IMG/VR virus record: IMGVR_UViG_3300035156_000206
Span: 186,001-250,000 of that record
DNA: 64,000 nt
Direction: 5' to 3' (one strand)
Each line of letters opens with the position of its first letter. The stretch's first letter is position 1. Position numbers and translations under genes: made by a program. Positions 10,334 through 20,255 of the stretch are shown here, piece by piece. The notes under the pieces are model-generated. The model searched no databases. It was not told the DNA's origin and saw only the letters and a program-made list of their open reading frames with translations.

Positions 10334-10339
10334 TAAATA
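10334..10339 (+). promoter_or_regulatory. Late promoter TAAATA
   Basis: TAAATA ~33 nt upstream of the fibre paralogue start at 10372; the same motif precedes other structural genes. Confidence 0.55.
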
Positions 10340-10371
10340 CGAGTATCAATCTAACAATCGAGGGTAAACCT

Positions 10372-12522
10372 ATGAAACTAACATTCCGTCAAGGTGTTGT
10401 ACAACACCAGACCGACTCGAACAAGAACCAATTGTTCCTACAGCCAAATGGGCAAGCTGTGACTCTTAACGTGTCGCCAACCCCAACGATCATCTCATTT
10501 GCGCACAAAGACGCCGACTACCTCTACACTGAAGGGACCACAGTACCTAATGCATGGCCTGGTCCGTTTGCACCTGGTGCTGAGTATTGGCTCTACTGGG
10601 ACCTGCACCCAATTACTGGCCTACGCACATTCGGTTACAGCACACGTGCACCAATCGTGTCGGCTATCAAGCCAGGCAGCGCTGCTACATCTCAACATTG
10701 GTTCGACTTAAAAGAGAACACAATGAAGGAGTGGAATGGATTCATCTGGAAGCCAGTGATCCGCGTATTCGCTGCGAAATACAAAGCAGGTGTTGGTTTT
10801 ACTACTGTCGCCCAAGGCGATTCGTTTACTGGTACCCAAGCTGGACTGCGTACTACGAACTTCTCAGGTGCGTTGATTTTTGATGGCCTGGGCAAAGCTG
10901 TTAAAACAGCAAACGGCACATTCTTCACGGCTGAGTCTGGTGCATCCGTTGCTGGTCTGTCAAGCGCTGTTAAGTACGCTGCTATGATGGTTGAAGCTGA
11001 AGTACAAGAACCAATTCCGCGCTACTCGTTTGTTTACTTCTCAGACTTTAGCCAAATTGAACTGGCTGACCCGACTACGTCTATCACTAAGCCAATCGGC
11101 ATGATCGAAGTTGATGCTGTTCAAGGAAATCTGGTACAAGTTATTACTTGTGGCCTGGTCACAAACAACTCGTGGAACTGGCTGGAAGTTAACAAGCGCA
11201 TCTACGTCGGTGATAACGGTACAGTACAAACAGAACCCGTATTCCCAGGACAACCGTCTGTAGGTTTTGTGGTTGCAAAAAATGCAATCTTGATTCGGGA
11301 CGCTGCAGCAGCTGCTACTGATGTGACAATCCCTGACACAGTGACGTACCCTGTGCTGTTCCGCGTTGGTGCAACAGAAGCGATACACAATCATAGTGCA
11401 GCTATGACATTGCTGCAAGCACGCGATTTGATCGAAGGCAATGTATCCCAAGTTGTTCTGACCACGTCAATTAATGGTGCATATGGCGGCGAATTGCACG
11501 ACCATGATATTACCGTTGTGTACAACTACGAAACTGACTGTATGGATGTCATTGACATCACCAACAATGATGGTGATAACCACATTGCAAAAGCAATTGA
11601 CGTTGGCTCTGGTGATACTATCGTAGGTGGATCTGGTGCGGCTGCAATGATCCGCATTGGTACTGATTGGACCGCAACAGACGACGAAAATGACTTGTGG
11701 ATGAACCATAATCACAGTGCTGTACTCTCAGTTGAGGATGCCGAGTCACTGATTCAAGGAACCGCATACGGTGGTGGAATTGAATTGCAGACAAGTTACT
11801 ATACAGGTAATAATCCTGGGCAAAATCATAACCACACAATTTATGTTACGTTCAATGAGCTCACAAACTGTTTCGAAATAGGTAACGTTTACAACAATCA
11901 CTCCGCATTGCCGCACGTGGGTACAGTGGTTGATATTGGTAGTGGCGGAAGTACGGTACCAATTCCAGGTCCAACTATCATGCCTACCGTGTACTACGAA
12001 GTGCCTTATAATGGACAATATGACGTGATGCCACAGACTGTTCAACGCCTGAAGGTACATAACCTCCGTAGATACACACCATTTGCAGGTGAGACACAAG
12101 ATGTAGGTTTTATGATTGACCACCCATGCGGATATGTGTATTCGTACCCGAATGGTCCCGATTACGGCGATGGACCTCCTATGGAGGGCCATTCCTTCAT
12201 GCCTCACAGCAATGGTTTGTATTTGATTGAGATTGGCTTAGTATTGGAGATTGCTACAGAGATCCCATTGCCTATTTCTGTGTCAATGTACAATGGTATG
12301 AATGGAGATACCATTCAGCAGGATATGTTCATTGCTTCGCGTTCACCTGCTCCAACAGAGTTCAAGCGATCGGTGACGTTTACTGGCTTCTTGGGCACGT
12401 ACATTCCATACGAACTGAGCATTGAGAACTTGTCGGCCGTAGATACCTTCGCCGTAAAAGGATACACGTACTTGAAAGCGATTCGATTGTCTGATACTGA
12501 CCTGGCAGAGGTTCCAGGATAA
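10372..12522 (+). CDS. Virion fibre paralogue with MKLxFRQG N-domain and two His-x-His repeat modules
   Basis: First ~310 aa align with ORF 978; HNH...HDH and HNH...HNH repeat units follow. Confidence 0.7.
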   Translation: MKLTFRQGVVQHQTDSNKNQLFLQPNGQAVTLNVSPTPTIISFAHKDADYLYTEGTTVPNAWPGPFAPGAEYWLYWDLHPITGLRTFGYSTRAPIVSAIKPGSAATSQHWFDLKENTMKEWNGFIWKPVIRVFAAKYKAGVGFTTVAQGDSFTGTQAGLRTTNFSGALIFDGLGKAVKTANGTFFTAESGASVAGLSSAVKYAAMMVEAEVQEPIPRYSFVYFSDFSQIELADPTTSITKPIGMIEVDAVQGNLVQVITCGLVTNNSWNWLEVNKRIYVGDNGTVQTEPVFPGQPSVGFVVAKNAILIRDAAAAATDVTIPDTVTYPVLFRVGATEAIHNHSAAMTLLQARDLIEGNVSQVVLTTSINGAYGGELHDHDITVVYNYETDCMDVIDITNNDGDNHIAKAIDVGSGDTIVGGSGAAAMIRIGTDWTATDDENDLWMNHNHSAVLSVEDAESLIQGTAYGGGIELQTSYYTGNNPGQNHNHTIYVTFNELTNCFEIGNVYNNHSALPHVGTVVDIGSGGSTVPIPGPTIMPTVYYEVPYNGQYDVMPQTVQRLKVHNLRRYTPFAGETQDVGFMIDHPCGYVYSYPNGPDYGDGPPMEGHSFMPHSNGLYLIEIGLVLEIATEIPLPISVSMYNGMNGDTIQQDMFIASRSPAPTEFKRSVTFTGFLGTYIPYELSIENLSAVDTFAVKGYTYLKAIRLSDTDLAEVPG

Positions 12523-12524
12523 CC

Positions 12525-12550
12525 AAGAGGAGCCAAGTGCTCCTCTTTTT
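12525..12550 (+). terminator. Rho-independent terminator
   Basis: GAGGAGC-CAAGT-GCTCCTC followed by T5. Confidence 0.85.
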
Positions 12551-12563
12551 CCGTCTGTCACTT

Positions 12564-12602
12564 CCTCCGCCTAAATAAGTCAAAACCCGTCGTACGCGGA
12601 GG
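12564..12602 (+). promoter_or_regulatory. Late promoter TAAATA (12572-12577) inside an RBS-sequestering hairpin
   Basis: CCTCCGC (12564-70) pairs with GCGGAGG (12596-602), which contains the GGAGG RBS; TTG start at 12608. Confidence 0.7.
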
Positions 12603-12607
12603 TACCA

Positions 12608-13348
12608 TTGTCTTTACCAACAACACCAGCTTTTAGTTCCGAAGAGATCATCTCCGCCGAACACATACGCCTGATTCAAGCGTACACAGAGTGCATCACA
12701 TCCTTACATAAGTTACTTGGATACAATGCATCACATAACAATTGTTACAGAGAGAAGGCGGCTGTAGCACTTGATCAATCGATCTATCCTCACCTACAGA
12801 TCAAACACAACACCAAAATGACTGGACCGGATGCCACAGACAATGTGGGTCGTGCAAGAGAATACAAGAAGATTGAACTTGGTCCAGGATACAAAAAGCC
12901 ATTTGATCGCACCTATCTAAAAGACTCCACTGTCAAGAAGCACCGCAAGGGCGAGAATGGTTTCCAACCATCAAAGCTGTTTGTGATGCTTAGTAGGTTC
13001 AGAGATGAAGCATCACAAGAGCTATTCATCGCAAATAATGTACTTGTTATTAGTGCCTTCTTTGCAGAGAACGCTATGCCATCAATTAGTTATGTTGTGG
13101 GAGGAATTGACAACTTACGAAAGGTAGTCGAGTTCTACAATAAGAAGGTGATTGATTCCCCAACAGGGACAAATAAATGGGCACACAACAACGTCAGAAT
13201 ACCGGTGTCGTGGATGCTTGAAAATCTAGACCACAAGCACATAGACGTCATCGTAATGGTGAACGGCAAGCACAAGAAGATCTCAGTTGACCATCACAAT
13301 ACCAAGTACGTGGGAGCCAATCTGAATCCCACTGGTTTTTATGTCTGA
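12608..13348 (+). CDS. Hypothetical protein
   Basis: 246-aa ORF with GGAGG RBS and TTG start; no recognised family. Confidence 0.65.
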   Translation: MSLPTTPAFSSEEIISAEHIRLIQAYTECITSLHKLLGYNASHNNCYREKAAVALDQSIYPHLQIKHNTKMTGPDATDNVGRAREYKKIELGPGYKKPFDRTYLKDSTVKKHRKGENGFQPSKLFVMLSRFRDEASQELFIANNVLVISAFFAENAMPSISYVVGGIDNLRKVVEFYNKKVIDSPTGTNKWAHNNVRIPVSWMLENLDHKHIDVIVMVNGKHKKISVDHHNTKYVGANLNPTGFYV

Positions 13349-13381
13349 TCAAAATAGTTGTCTTGGTTCATCAATTAAGCG

Positions 13382-13584
13382 TTGTGTTCGTGTTTCAACC
13401 GATGCATAATGCTCCTCATTGGATCGGTTCCAACAACACGGAACCGACAGGGTCGAAATACCCCATTTCCTCGTAGTAAATCAAGTATAAATAGAGACAC
13501 GACACAAGCAATTGTGAAGTATTGAAAATTAGACCTGAATAGTAAAACTTAACCTTAGACAAACTTAGAACTGGAAACAATATC
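13382..13584 (+). promoter_or_regulatory. SSB gene leader: sigma70-like promoter, two hairpins, TATAAATA late promoter and an A-rich repeat tract
   Basis: TTGTGT-17-CATAAT (13382-13410); hairpin TCGGTTCC/GGAACCGA (13424-13447); TATAAATA (13486-93); repeats AAATTAGAC, AAACTTAAC, CTTAGAC, AAACTTAGAAC before the ATG. Confidence 0.6.
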
Positions 13585-14547
13585 ATGGCAAAATCCTCAT
13601 TTGACGCGATCAAATCGCGCTTCTCAGCACAAAGCGGCAACGCAAACACCAACAACTATTACCCTTTCTTCAAGATGCCAGACGACGCTCAAGCTCGTAT
13701 TCGCTTCCTGCCGGACGGTAACGAAGACAATCCACTTGGCTTCCTGGTTGAAAAGCTGACCCACTCGCTGAAAGTAAATGGCGAAAACAAGACTGTTCCT
13801 TGCTTAACACCACACGGTGAAGAGTGCCCAGTCTGCAAAGTTGCAAAAGACTACTACGACCGTGACGACAAGGTCAACGGTAAACTGTACTACAAGAAAC
13901 GCACCTACCTGGCTCAAGCTCTGGTTGTCGAAGATCCAATCGTCGATGGCAAGCATGAGAACTGCGAAGGTAAAGTCAAACTGATCTCGATCGGCTACAG
14001 CCTGTTCAAGATCATCAAAGACGCGTTTGAATCAGGTGAACTGGACGATGCTCCATTCGCGTACGAAGGTGGTACCGATTTCCTGATCAAGAAAACCAAG
14101 CAAGGTGAGTTCGCTTCTTACACTCTGTCAAAGTTCGCTCGTAAATCGACCGATCTGGACGCTGAGCAGCAAGAGCACGTCAAGGCCGGCCTGGTGGATC
14201 TGTCGACTCTGTTGCCTAAAAAGCCAGACGTCAAGTTCGTTGAAAACGTCCTCGAAGCAGCCCTGACCGGCAAGAGCATCAAGGGTGAAGACGACGAGAC
14301 CGACGAAGACGACATGGGTGCCTTCGCCAAGATGAAAGCCAAAGCAGCTGCAAAGCCTGCCAAAGCTGATTCGGATGACGAAGATGAAGAGTTCGTGAAG
14401 CCTGTAAAAGCAGAAGCTGCGAAACCAGCACCTAAAGCAGCTCCTGCTGCTGATATGGATGAAGATGACGAAGCTGAGGCCCTGCTGGCCCAACTGAAGG
14501 CAAAACGCGAAGCAGCAAAGCGTGCAGCCGCAGGCAGCGACGACTAA
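13585..14547 (+). CDS. Single-stranded DNA-binding protein (T4 gp32-like)
   Basis: ARIRFLP, CL..HGEECPVC, YY...YLAQ.LVVEDP, GKVKL...G..LF..I, F.IKK..QG.FA.Y..SKF motifs and an acidic C-terminal tail. Confidence 0.9.
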   Translation: MAKSSFDAIKSRFSAQSGNANTNNYYPFFKMPDDAQARIRFLPDGNEDNPLGFLVEKLTHSLKVNGENKTVPCLTPHGEECPVCKVAKDYYDRDDKVNGKLYYKKRTYLAQALVVEDPIVDGKHENCEGKVKLISIGYSLFKIIKDAFESGELDDAPFAYEGGTDFLIKKTKQGEFASYTLSKFARKSTDLDAEQQEHVKAGLVDLSTLLPKKPDVKFVENVLEAALTGKSIKGEDDETDEDDMGAFAKMKAKAAAKPAKADSDDEDEEFVKPVKAEAAKPAPKAAPAADMDEDDEAEALLAQLKAKREAAKRAAAGSDD

Positions 14548-14576
14548 TCTCTCATCGAGATGATCTGACCTAAAAT

Positions 14577-14605
14577 AAGGGTGGCTTTGGTCACCTTTAT
14601 TTTTT
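14577..14605 (+). terminator. Rho-independent terminator
   Basis: AAGGGTGGC-TTTG-GTCACCTTT followed by a T-run. Confidence 0.75.
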
Positions 14606-14636
14606 GGGTAAACGCAACTGGTACAGGAGTATAAAC

Positions 14637-15746
14637 ATGGCAGTAAGTATGAGTTTTCTGGCAGACTTCGAGAAAGAAGTCTCCAAAATTGAGGGCGTGA
14701 CTGGTCAATCCATTCCACCTCGTAACTGGTTCAGCTTTGGGAATTATGTTCTCAATCGCGTGATGTCCGGTTCGTTCCGTCGCGGAACACCACAAGGTCG
14801 CATTACTTGTGTAGCAGGTCCATCGGGATCTGGCAAATCATTCGTTGTTGGCAATCTTGTCAAGAACGCACAAATGGCAGGTGCTTATATCCTGGTTATT
14901 GACTCAGAGAATGCTCTGGACAATGATTACATGGAAGGCATTGGAGTTGATACCAATGATGGTTACAACTACAAAGACGTGTCCACGATCAACCAAGTTG
15001 TAAATGTGGTCTCCAAGTTTATCAAAGGTTACCATAAAGCATATGGTACGATTATCGAGAATCCTGATCAACCACCAGTCCTGATCGCAATCGACTCACT
15101 CGATATGTTGTCAACGGACACAGAGCAAGACCACTTTGCTAAGGGTGATGCCAAGGGTGACCAAGGTCAGCGGTCGAAGCAACTGAAAGCAATGTTACGC
15201 AACTTCGTGACTGCAATCAAACACCTGAACATTCAGATGGTAGTGACACACCAAGTGTACCGCGCATCACAAGAGCAGATTCTTGCTGGTGAAGGTGTTT
15301 GGAAAGTCGGCGATGCAATCCGTTACGCATGCTCGCAGATTCTGCTGGTAACAAAGCTGAAGTTGAAAGCAGAGACCGGTGGTGCAATCACGGGTATCCG
15401 AATGAAGTGCGAAGGATTCAAGACGCGCTTTGCTCTGCCATTCCAAACGGTAACGATTGAAGTGCCGTACACTACAGGCATGGATCCGAACTCAGGTATC
15501 ATTGAAGCGTTCGAAGCTGCTGGAATTCTGAAACGTGGTGGTTCGTGGTATTCGGTACCTGATACCGAAATCAAGTTCCAATCCAAAGATCTGGACACGT
15601 ACGTGGACCGTCTGTTGAAGATTGCCGATGACCGCGAAGGACTATCACTGATCGCTTCAGAAGAGGATGACGAAGAGCAAGGCAAGGAAACCTCGAAAGA
15701 CTTGAAGCTCAAGCGTAAGAATGTTGCAGCAGGTACTGAGGAGTAA
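14637..15746 (+). CDS. uvsX: RecA-like recombinase UvsX
   Basis: Walker A GPSGSGKS, IDSE, IAIDSL, HQVY and Y..SQI motifs; start placed at ATG 14637 after an AGGAG RBS. Confidence 0.92.
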   Translation: MAVSMSFLADFEKEVSKIEGVTGQSIPPRNWFSFGNYVLNRVMSGSFRRGTPQGRITCVAGPSGSGKSFVVGNLVKNAQMAGAYILVIDSENALDNDYMEGIGVDTNDGYNYKDVSTINQVVNVVSKFIKGYHKAYGTIIENPDQPPVLIAIDSLDMLSTDTEQDHFAKGDAKGDQGQRSKQLKAMLRNFVTAIKHLNIQMVVTHQVYRASQEQILAGEGVWKVGDAIRYACSQILLVTKLKLKAETGGAITGIRMKCEGFKTRFALPFQTVTIEVPYTTGMDPNSGIIEAFEAAGILKRGGSWYSVPDTEIKFQSKDLDTYVDRLLKIADDREGLSLIASEEDDEEQGKETSKDLKLKRKNVAAGTEE

Positions 15747-15750
15747 CTGA

Positions 15751-16173
15751 ATGGATAAGGTCGACGTGCTGTATCATGCTCTCCTGGCTCGTGAGGTGGA
15801 GTGGACAAACCGCACCACCGAGATCTTCTCCAAAGCGGAGTATCTCACACAGGGGATTATTAATTACCTAGACCTACCTATTGCATCCATCAAGTGGGAA
15901 TCAATCGATGTATTCGGTCAAGAAATGATGATTCAGGTATCAATCCCGAACACAGATCGTTTCGAGTACGTCGAGCCTGGTGAACGAAATATCCAAACCT
16001 TAACCATTGTGCTTCCAGTATCAGTGGTTGAGGCAGAGGACACAGACTTGATCACGGCATTCCTGCATGATACCGAGGATGTACGAAAGGACGACCACCT
16101 TCAACCTGATACTGAAGAATCAGCTCAGGGCATCGTGGCTTATTCACTGGCTTCAAAGGAAACAATACATTGA
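15751..16173 (+). CDS. Hypothetical protein
   Basis: 140-aa ORF tightly packed between uvsX and uvsY. Confidence 0.65.
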   Translation: MDKVDVLYHALLAREVEWTNRTTEIFSKAEYLTQGIINYLDLPIASIKWESIDVFGQEMMIQVSIPNTDRFEYVEPGERNIQTLTIVLPVSVVEAEDTDLITAFLHDTEDVRKDDHLQPDTEESAQGIVAYSLASKETIH

Positions 16174-16628
16174 GTCTGATCGACCGATTAGGCGAGAATG
16201 CTGCAGGACTGCCAGGAATTGTTGATGAGTACGAGGAGCACCTTAGTGGTGCTGCTCGGCATCTCAACATGAAGGGGAAGACAGCCCAAGAAGCAAACGC
16301 CGAACATGCAACATGGCTGTACTTTTACGACCAGAAACGAATTGAGCTGTACATCCTAAAGAAGCACATGGAAAAGGAAGTATCCCGCATCAGAGGTAAA
16401 CTCTGGAAGGAATACACCGAAACACACTCTCGTGAACTGAACGCTCGTGACAAGGACAATTATATCAACCAGGAGAAAGCTTTCCTGAACAAGGACGAGT
16501 TGATGCTGATTGTGCAAGAACTTCATGATCATTACCAAGCCGTAGTCGACGCATTCAAAGCTCGTGGCTATGCCTTGAACAACATCACGAAGCTGCGCAC
16601 CAGTGCAATCGAAAACGATGTCATCTAA
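16170..16628 (+). CDS. uvsY: Recombination mediator UvsY-like
   Basis: Helical ~150-aa protein with Y.E...R.L...D...YI..E and AF..RG..L.NI motifs; lies between uvsX and uvsW. Confidence 0.75.
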   Translation: MSLIDRLGENAAGLPGIVDEYEEHLSGAARHLNMKGKTAQEANAEHATWLYFYDQKRIELYILKKHMEKEVSRIRGKLWKEYTETHSRELNARDKDNYINQEKAFLNKDELMLIVQELHDHYQAVVDAFKARGYALNNITKLRTSAIENDVI

Positions 16629-18123
16629 AAGAACAACCTGCTACATCAAAATTGAGGATGAGGTCAACTGTTTAATCACTGGCCTCCATCCAACCGACGA
16701 ATTAAAGCTGTACAACCAATACGGCTTATTCGCACCGAATCACTTTTTCAACCCACGCTTTAAACTGGGCATCTGGGATGGCAAGCTCCGATTCTTTCAG
16801 AAGTCGGGGCAAACCCTCGTGTATCTGTTGGATGAGATCATTCCAAAGCTCGTCAAGATGGGCTATTCGCCAGAGATCAAGGACCAGCGCAAAGGTCCCT
16901 ATGTCAATGCGAAGAACATTACCAAAGATGTGTTTGCTCATGTACTGAAGGGTGACACACCAATGGAACTGCGTTACTACCAAGTAGATGCAGTGAATGC
17001 CTTGCTGGCTGAAGGCAAGGGAATGATCGAAGCGTCTACCAGTGCTGGTAAGACATGGATCAATGCTGCACTCGTCAATGCATACGGATTGGAAGGGCTG
17101 CGCACAATTACGATCGTGCCTAGTACATCACTGGTCATTCAAACGATCAAGGACTTTCGGGATGCTGGGTTAGACGTAGGTGAGTACACCGGCAAAACAA
17201 AAGACCTTGAGCACCAGCACATTATCTCAACTTGGCAAGCACTGAAGAACCACCCAGAGATTATGCACAACTTCCAGGTTGTTGTCGTCGATGAAGTGCA
17301 CCAAGCAAAGAGTAAGATCCTCAATGAGCTGGTGAACATCCATGGAGCCAACACTCCGTACCGCTTTGGCTTGACTGGTACCTTGCCTAAAGATCCAGTG
17401 GAACGATTGACAATTCACAATGCCTTTGGTGAAGTGAAGTATACAATCCCAGCACACGAGCTAATTGAGCAGGACTATATTTCCTCAGTGGAAGTAACAA
17501 TCGCACAATTGTTTGAGAATCATCCGAAAGGCTACTTCCCAGACTTCACAGCTGAAAAGTCCTACCTACAGATCCGCAAGGAACGTCTGGAGTGGATTGC
17601 TGACAAGGTGATTGAGCGAGCGGCTCTACCCAAAGGTAATGCAATGGTTCTGGTGTCAAGCGTTGGCATCGGTAAGAAGTTGCAGAAGCTGATCCCAAAT
17701 TCGATCTTCTTGCATGGTACGGATAGTGCCGAAGACCGGAAGAAGGTATACGACCTGTTTGAGACGAACGACAACATGACCGTCATAGCGACAGTTCAGA
17801 TTGCTGGTACCGGTTTGAGTATTGACCGCATCTTCAACCTGTTCCTAATCGACATCGGTAAGTCATTCACTCGCGTGATTCAGGCGATCGGACGAGGCCT
17901 ACGTCGCAATAGTAGCGATAAAGACCACGTCAATGTGTTTGACATTTGCAGCAACCTCAAGTATAGTAAGAACCACTTGCTGATGCGAATCCAGTACTAC
18001 ACGGATGCAAAGTACCCGTTCACTAAGAATGTTGTAAAATACCGCAACTACGATGACAAGTTCAGCGAGACGCAGGATGACATTTTAAAGCAGATCGAAA
18101 GTGAAACATCGCTTGACTATTGA
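16618..18123 (+). CDS. uvsW: SF2 DNA helicase UvsW
   Basis: LRYYQ, STSAGKT, VVDEVH, GLTGT, GTGLSI and QAIGRGLR helicase motifs. Confidence 0.92.
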   Translation: MSSKRTTCYIKIEDEVNCLITGLHPTDELKLYNQYGLFAPNHFFNPRFKLGIWDGKLRFFQKSGQTLVYLLDEIIPKLVKMGYSPEIKDQRKGPYVNAKNITKDVFAHVLKGDTPMELRYYQVDAVNALLAEGKGMIEASTSAGKTWINAALVNAYGLEGLRTITIVPSTSLVIQTIKDFRDAGLDVGEYTGKTKDLEHQHIISTWQALKNHPEIMHNFQVVVVDEVHQAKSKILNELVNIHGANTPYRFGLTGTLPKDPVERLTIHNAFGEVKYTIPAHELIEQDYISSVEVTIAQLFENHPKGYFPDFTAEKSYLQIRKERLEWIADKVIERAALPKGNAMVLVSSVGIGKKLQKLIPNSIFLHGTDSAEDRKKVYDLFETNDNMTVIATVQIAGTGLSIDRIFNLFLIDIGKSFTRVIQAIGRGLRRNSSDKDHVNVFDICSNLKYSKNHLLMRIQYYTDAKYPFTKNVVKYRNYDDKFSETQDDILKQIESETSLDY

Positions 18124-18174
18124 TCCAACTGGATGTATAGTTGACTCATCAACTGTAATGGGAATAGAAGCAAC

Positions 18175-18663
18175 ATGCTAATTTTTGACGAAAACTACCA
18201 GACGATTATCTTGGACAGCATCCATACACCGGTGCGTTCGGATTACTTCTGGTGTCTGGACACAGACGACAAGGATTTCATGCTGGCGCAACTTCTGGTT
18301 CTCGAAGAGATTACCGCTCCAACGTTCACATTGAACTTGGGCGGTTTCGAATTCGATGTTCCAGCAAGTTGGAATGTACTGATTTACGATGCAGAGACAA
18401 TGCAAATTGATAGTGTAGAACTGGCAAATGCGGCTGGTAAAGACTTCACAGCCTTTATCTATGGACCACGAGAGAATCATCAACGCGGTGAGATTATCAC
18501 CATCACCGGTTACAAGCCAGTGAGCAAGTCGGTGGCTCCTCTGCTTAACAAGCACCAAATGCTATGTCACCCTATCTCTCCAAAGCACTGGATCTGCATT
18601 ACGCCACATGATGTCCAAAAACACCTTAAAAACGTGTTTGTGGGAACCATTCTGAACTTTTAA
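18175..18663 (+). CDS. Hypothetical protein downstream of uvsW
   Basis: 162-aa ORF with an upstream TTGACT-17-TATAGT promoter. Confidence 0.65.
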   Translation: MLIFDENYQTIILDSIHTPVRSDYFWCLDTDDKDFMLAQLLVLEEITAPTFTLNLGGFEFDVPASWNVLIYDAETMQIDSVELANAAGKDFTAFIYGPRENHQRGEIITITGYKPVSKSVAPLLNKHQMLCHPISPKHWICITPHDVQKHLKNVFVGTILNF

Positions 18664-18672
18664 GGAACCAGG

Positions 18673-18867
18673 ATGTTTTTTGACAGCAAAGCAGAATACA
18701 CAGGTCCACAAGAGTGCCCAGCTTGTGGCACTCTAGACTGTGGTCATACAACAAATGAAATGCAAGGATTTGCACTCGATGCACTAGTCGAAGCGAGTCA
18801 ACTCATGGGGTTGTATGATATCGAACCAACAAAAGGAGAAACAAATGGCAAAGAAAAAAGCGACTGA
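18673..18867 (+). CDS. Small hypothetical protein with a CPACG..DC motif
   Basis: AAGGA RBS; 64 aa. Confidence 0.5.
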   Translation: MFFDSKAEYTGPQECPACGTLDCGHTTNEMQGFALDALVEASQLMGLYDIEPTKGETNGKEKSD

Positions 18868-19207
18868 CGGAGTCACTCTAGCAGAGTTCCGCGCTTGGCT
18901 GCAAGGTGTAGAAGAAATGCAAGGTGCTGATTGGGCCCCTTCCGCTGAACAGTGGCGTAAGATCAAAGCTAAGTTCAATGATATCGTAGAAGAGGAAGCT
19001 TCTGCCCCTGTATTGGCACCACAGGGGCACACTCTACGCCAGCCGTATCAGCCACCACCATTCCAACAATTTGCACCAGGAACGATGCCAGCGCCGGAAC
19101 GTCCATCAATGCCTCAGCCACTCCCACAAGGATTGCAGTCAGGACTTGGCGGAACAAAGACGCCTGATATCGATTCGACAAACGGTTACTCATCGAGCCT
19201 CGTATGA
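18845..19207 (+). CDS. Hypothetical protein (EFRAWLQGVEEMQ N-domain, Pro/Gln-rich tail)
   Basis: AAGGAG RBS before ATG 18845. Confidence 0.65.
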   Translation: MAKKKATDGVTLAEFRAWLQGVEEMQGADWAPSAEQWRKIKAKFNDIVEEEASAPVLAPQGHTLRQPYQPPPFQQFAPGTMPAPERPSMPQPLPQGLQSGLGGTKTPDIDSTNGYSSSLV

Positions 19208-19671
19208 AATACTTTGAATGTCCAGCCATCTTCCGATCCTCCTTGCATGACGACTTCTGTGTCTTCATGGGTGGAGGAATCACCGGATGCCCAGATTGGC
19301 AAGCCGACGCGGTGGACTACCTTAAAGATGTGGCTGACCTCGCATTGGTGAACCCTCGACGTGCAAGCTTCGATGTTACGAATGCCAACATGACAGTTGA
19401 GCAAATTGCATGGGAACATCATCACCTGACCAATGCGGACGCCATCATGTTTTGGTTTCCTTGTGAGACCCTTTGCCCGATCACCCTATTCGAGTTAGGT
19501 GTTTATGCAGCTAAAGGGTACAACATCTTTGTGGGCTGTCATCCTGACTATGCACGCAAGGTTGATGTAATCGAACAGCTGAAGAACCTACGACCAGATG
19601 TCAAAGTGCATCAACACTTGCATAACATGCTTGATGATGTACACGAACGCGTTAAGGCCATATTCGGATGA
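19204..19671 (+). CDS. Nucleoside 2-deoxyribosyltransferase-like protein
   Basis: FMGGGITGCPDWQ, NPRR, QIAWE, IMFWFP.ETLCPITLFELG motifs. Confidence 0.85.
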   Translation: MKYFECPAIFRSSLHDDFCVFMGGGITGCPDWQADAVDYLKDVADLALVNPRRASFDVTNANMTVEQIAWEHHHLTNADAIMFWFPCETLCPITLFELGVYAAKGYNIFVGCHPDYARKVDVIEQLKNLRPDVKVHQHLHNMLDDVHERVKAIFG

Positions 19672-20201
19672 AGACACAGCTCAAGTCATACGAACTTTGG
19701 TATGATGGGGACGTGGTAATTAAGGCCAATGACATCGAACGGTTCATTACTAAAGTACCAAGTAATAAGCTGTTCGTTGACAAGGTCACTAAAGATATCA
19801 AGCAGTTCAATGCTCTGATGTCACGAGACGATGCGATCACAACCAAAGAAGAATGCAAGCCACTCAACTTTGATTGGGACCTACCTGAGTATTATTTGAC
19901 CCTAGACGTAAAGTCACATGTGTTGCGTAAGCTTGAGCAGGAAAAGCTGACATCTGATGAAGAGCTGGAAGAACGGTTTGCACGCGTTTTGACGGAGGTT
20001 AAAGCGTTTGCCAAACTTAACTTGATCAATCTGCTACGTTGCCTGATTTATATCGTGGATACGTTTACCAAATGTGGCATCGTTTGGGGAGTGGGTCGTG
20101 GAAGTAGCGTTTCGTCGTATGTCCTGTATCTCATTGGGGTTCATGACATTGACAGCGTGCAATTTGAGCTGCCATTCACAGATTTTGTGAAACACGAGTA
20201 A
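19668..20201 (+). CDS. DNA polymerase III alpha (DnaE)-like, N-terminal fragment
   Basis: GVGRGSSVSSYVLYLIGVHDIDSVQFELPFTDF corresponds to the DnaE GxGRGS...L.F.RF segment. Confidence 0.85.
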   Translation: MKTQLKSYELWYDGDVVIKANDIERFITKVPSNKLFVDKVTKDIKQFNALMSRDDAITTKEECKPLNFDWDLPEYYLTLDVKSHVLRKLEQEKLTSDEELEERFARVLTEVKAFAKLNLINLLRCLIYIVDTFTKCGIVWGVGRGSSVSSYVLYLIGVHDIDSVQFELPFTDFVKHE

Positions 20202-20202
20202 G

Positions 20203-20227
20203 TATTTATGTTTTCAGGACATAAATA
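20203..20227 (+). promoter_or_regulatory. Late promoter TAAATA (20222-27) within an 8-bp inverted repeat
   Basis: TATTTATG...CATAAATA; AGGAG RBS and ORF 20256 follow. Confidence 0.55.
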
Positions 20228-20255
20228 GGCGATAGAACTTTATAGGAGCAGCTCC

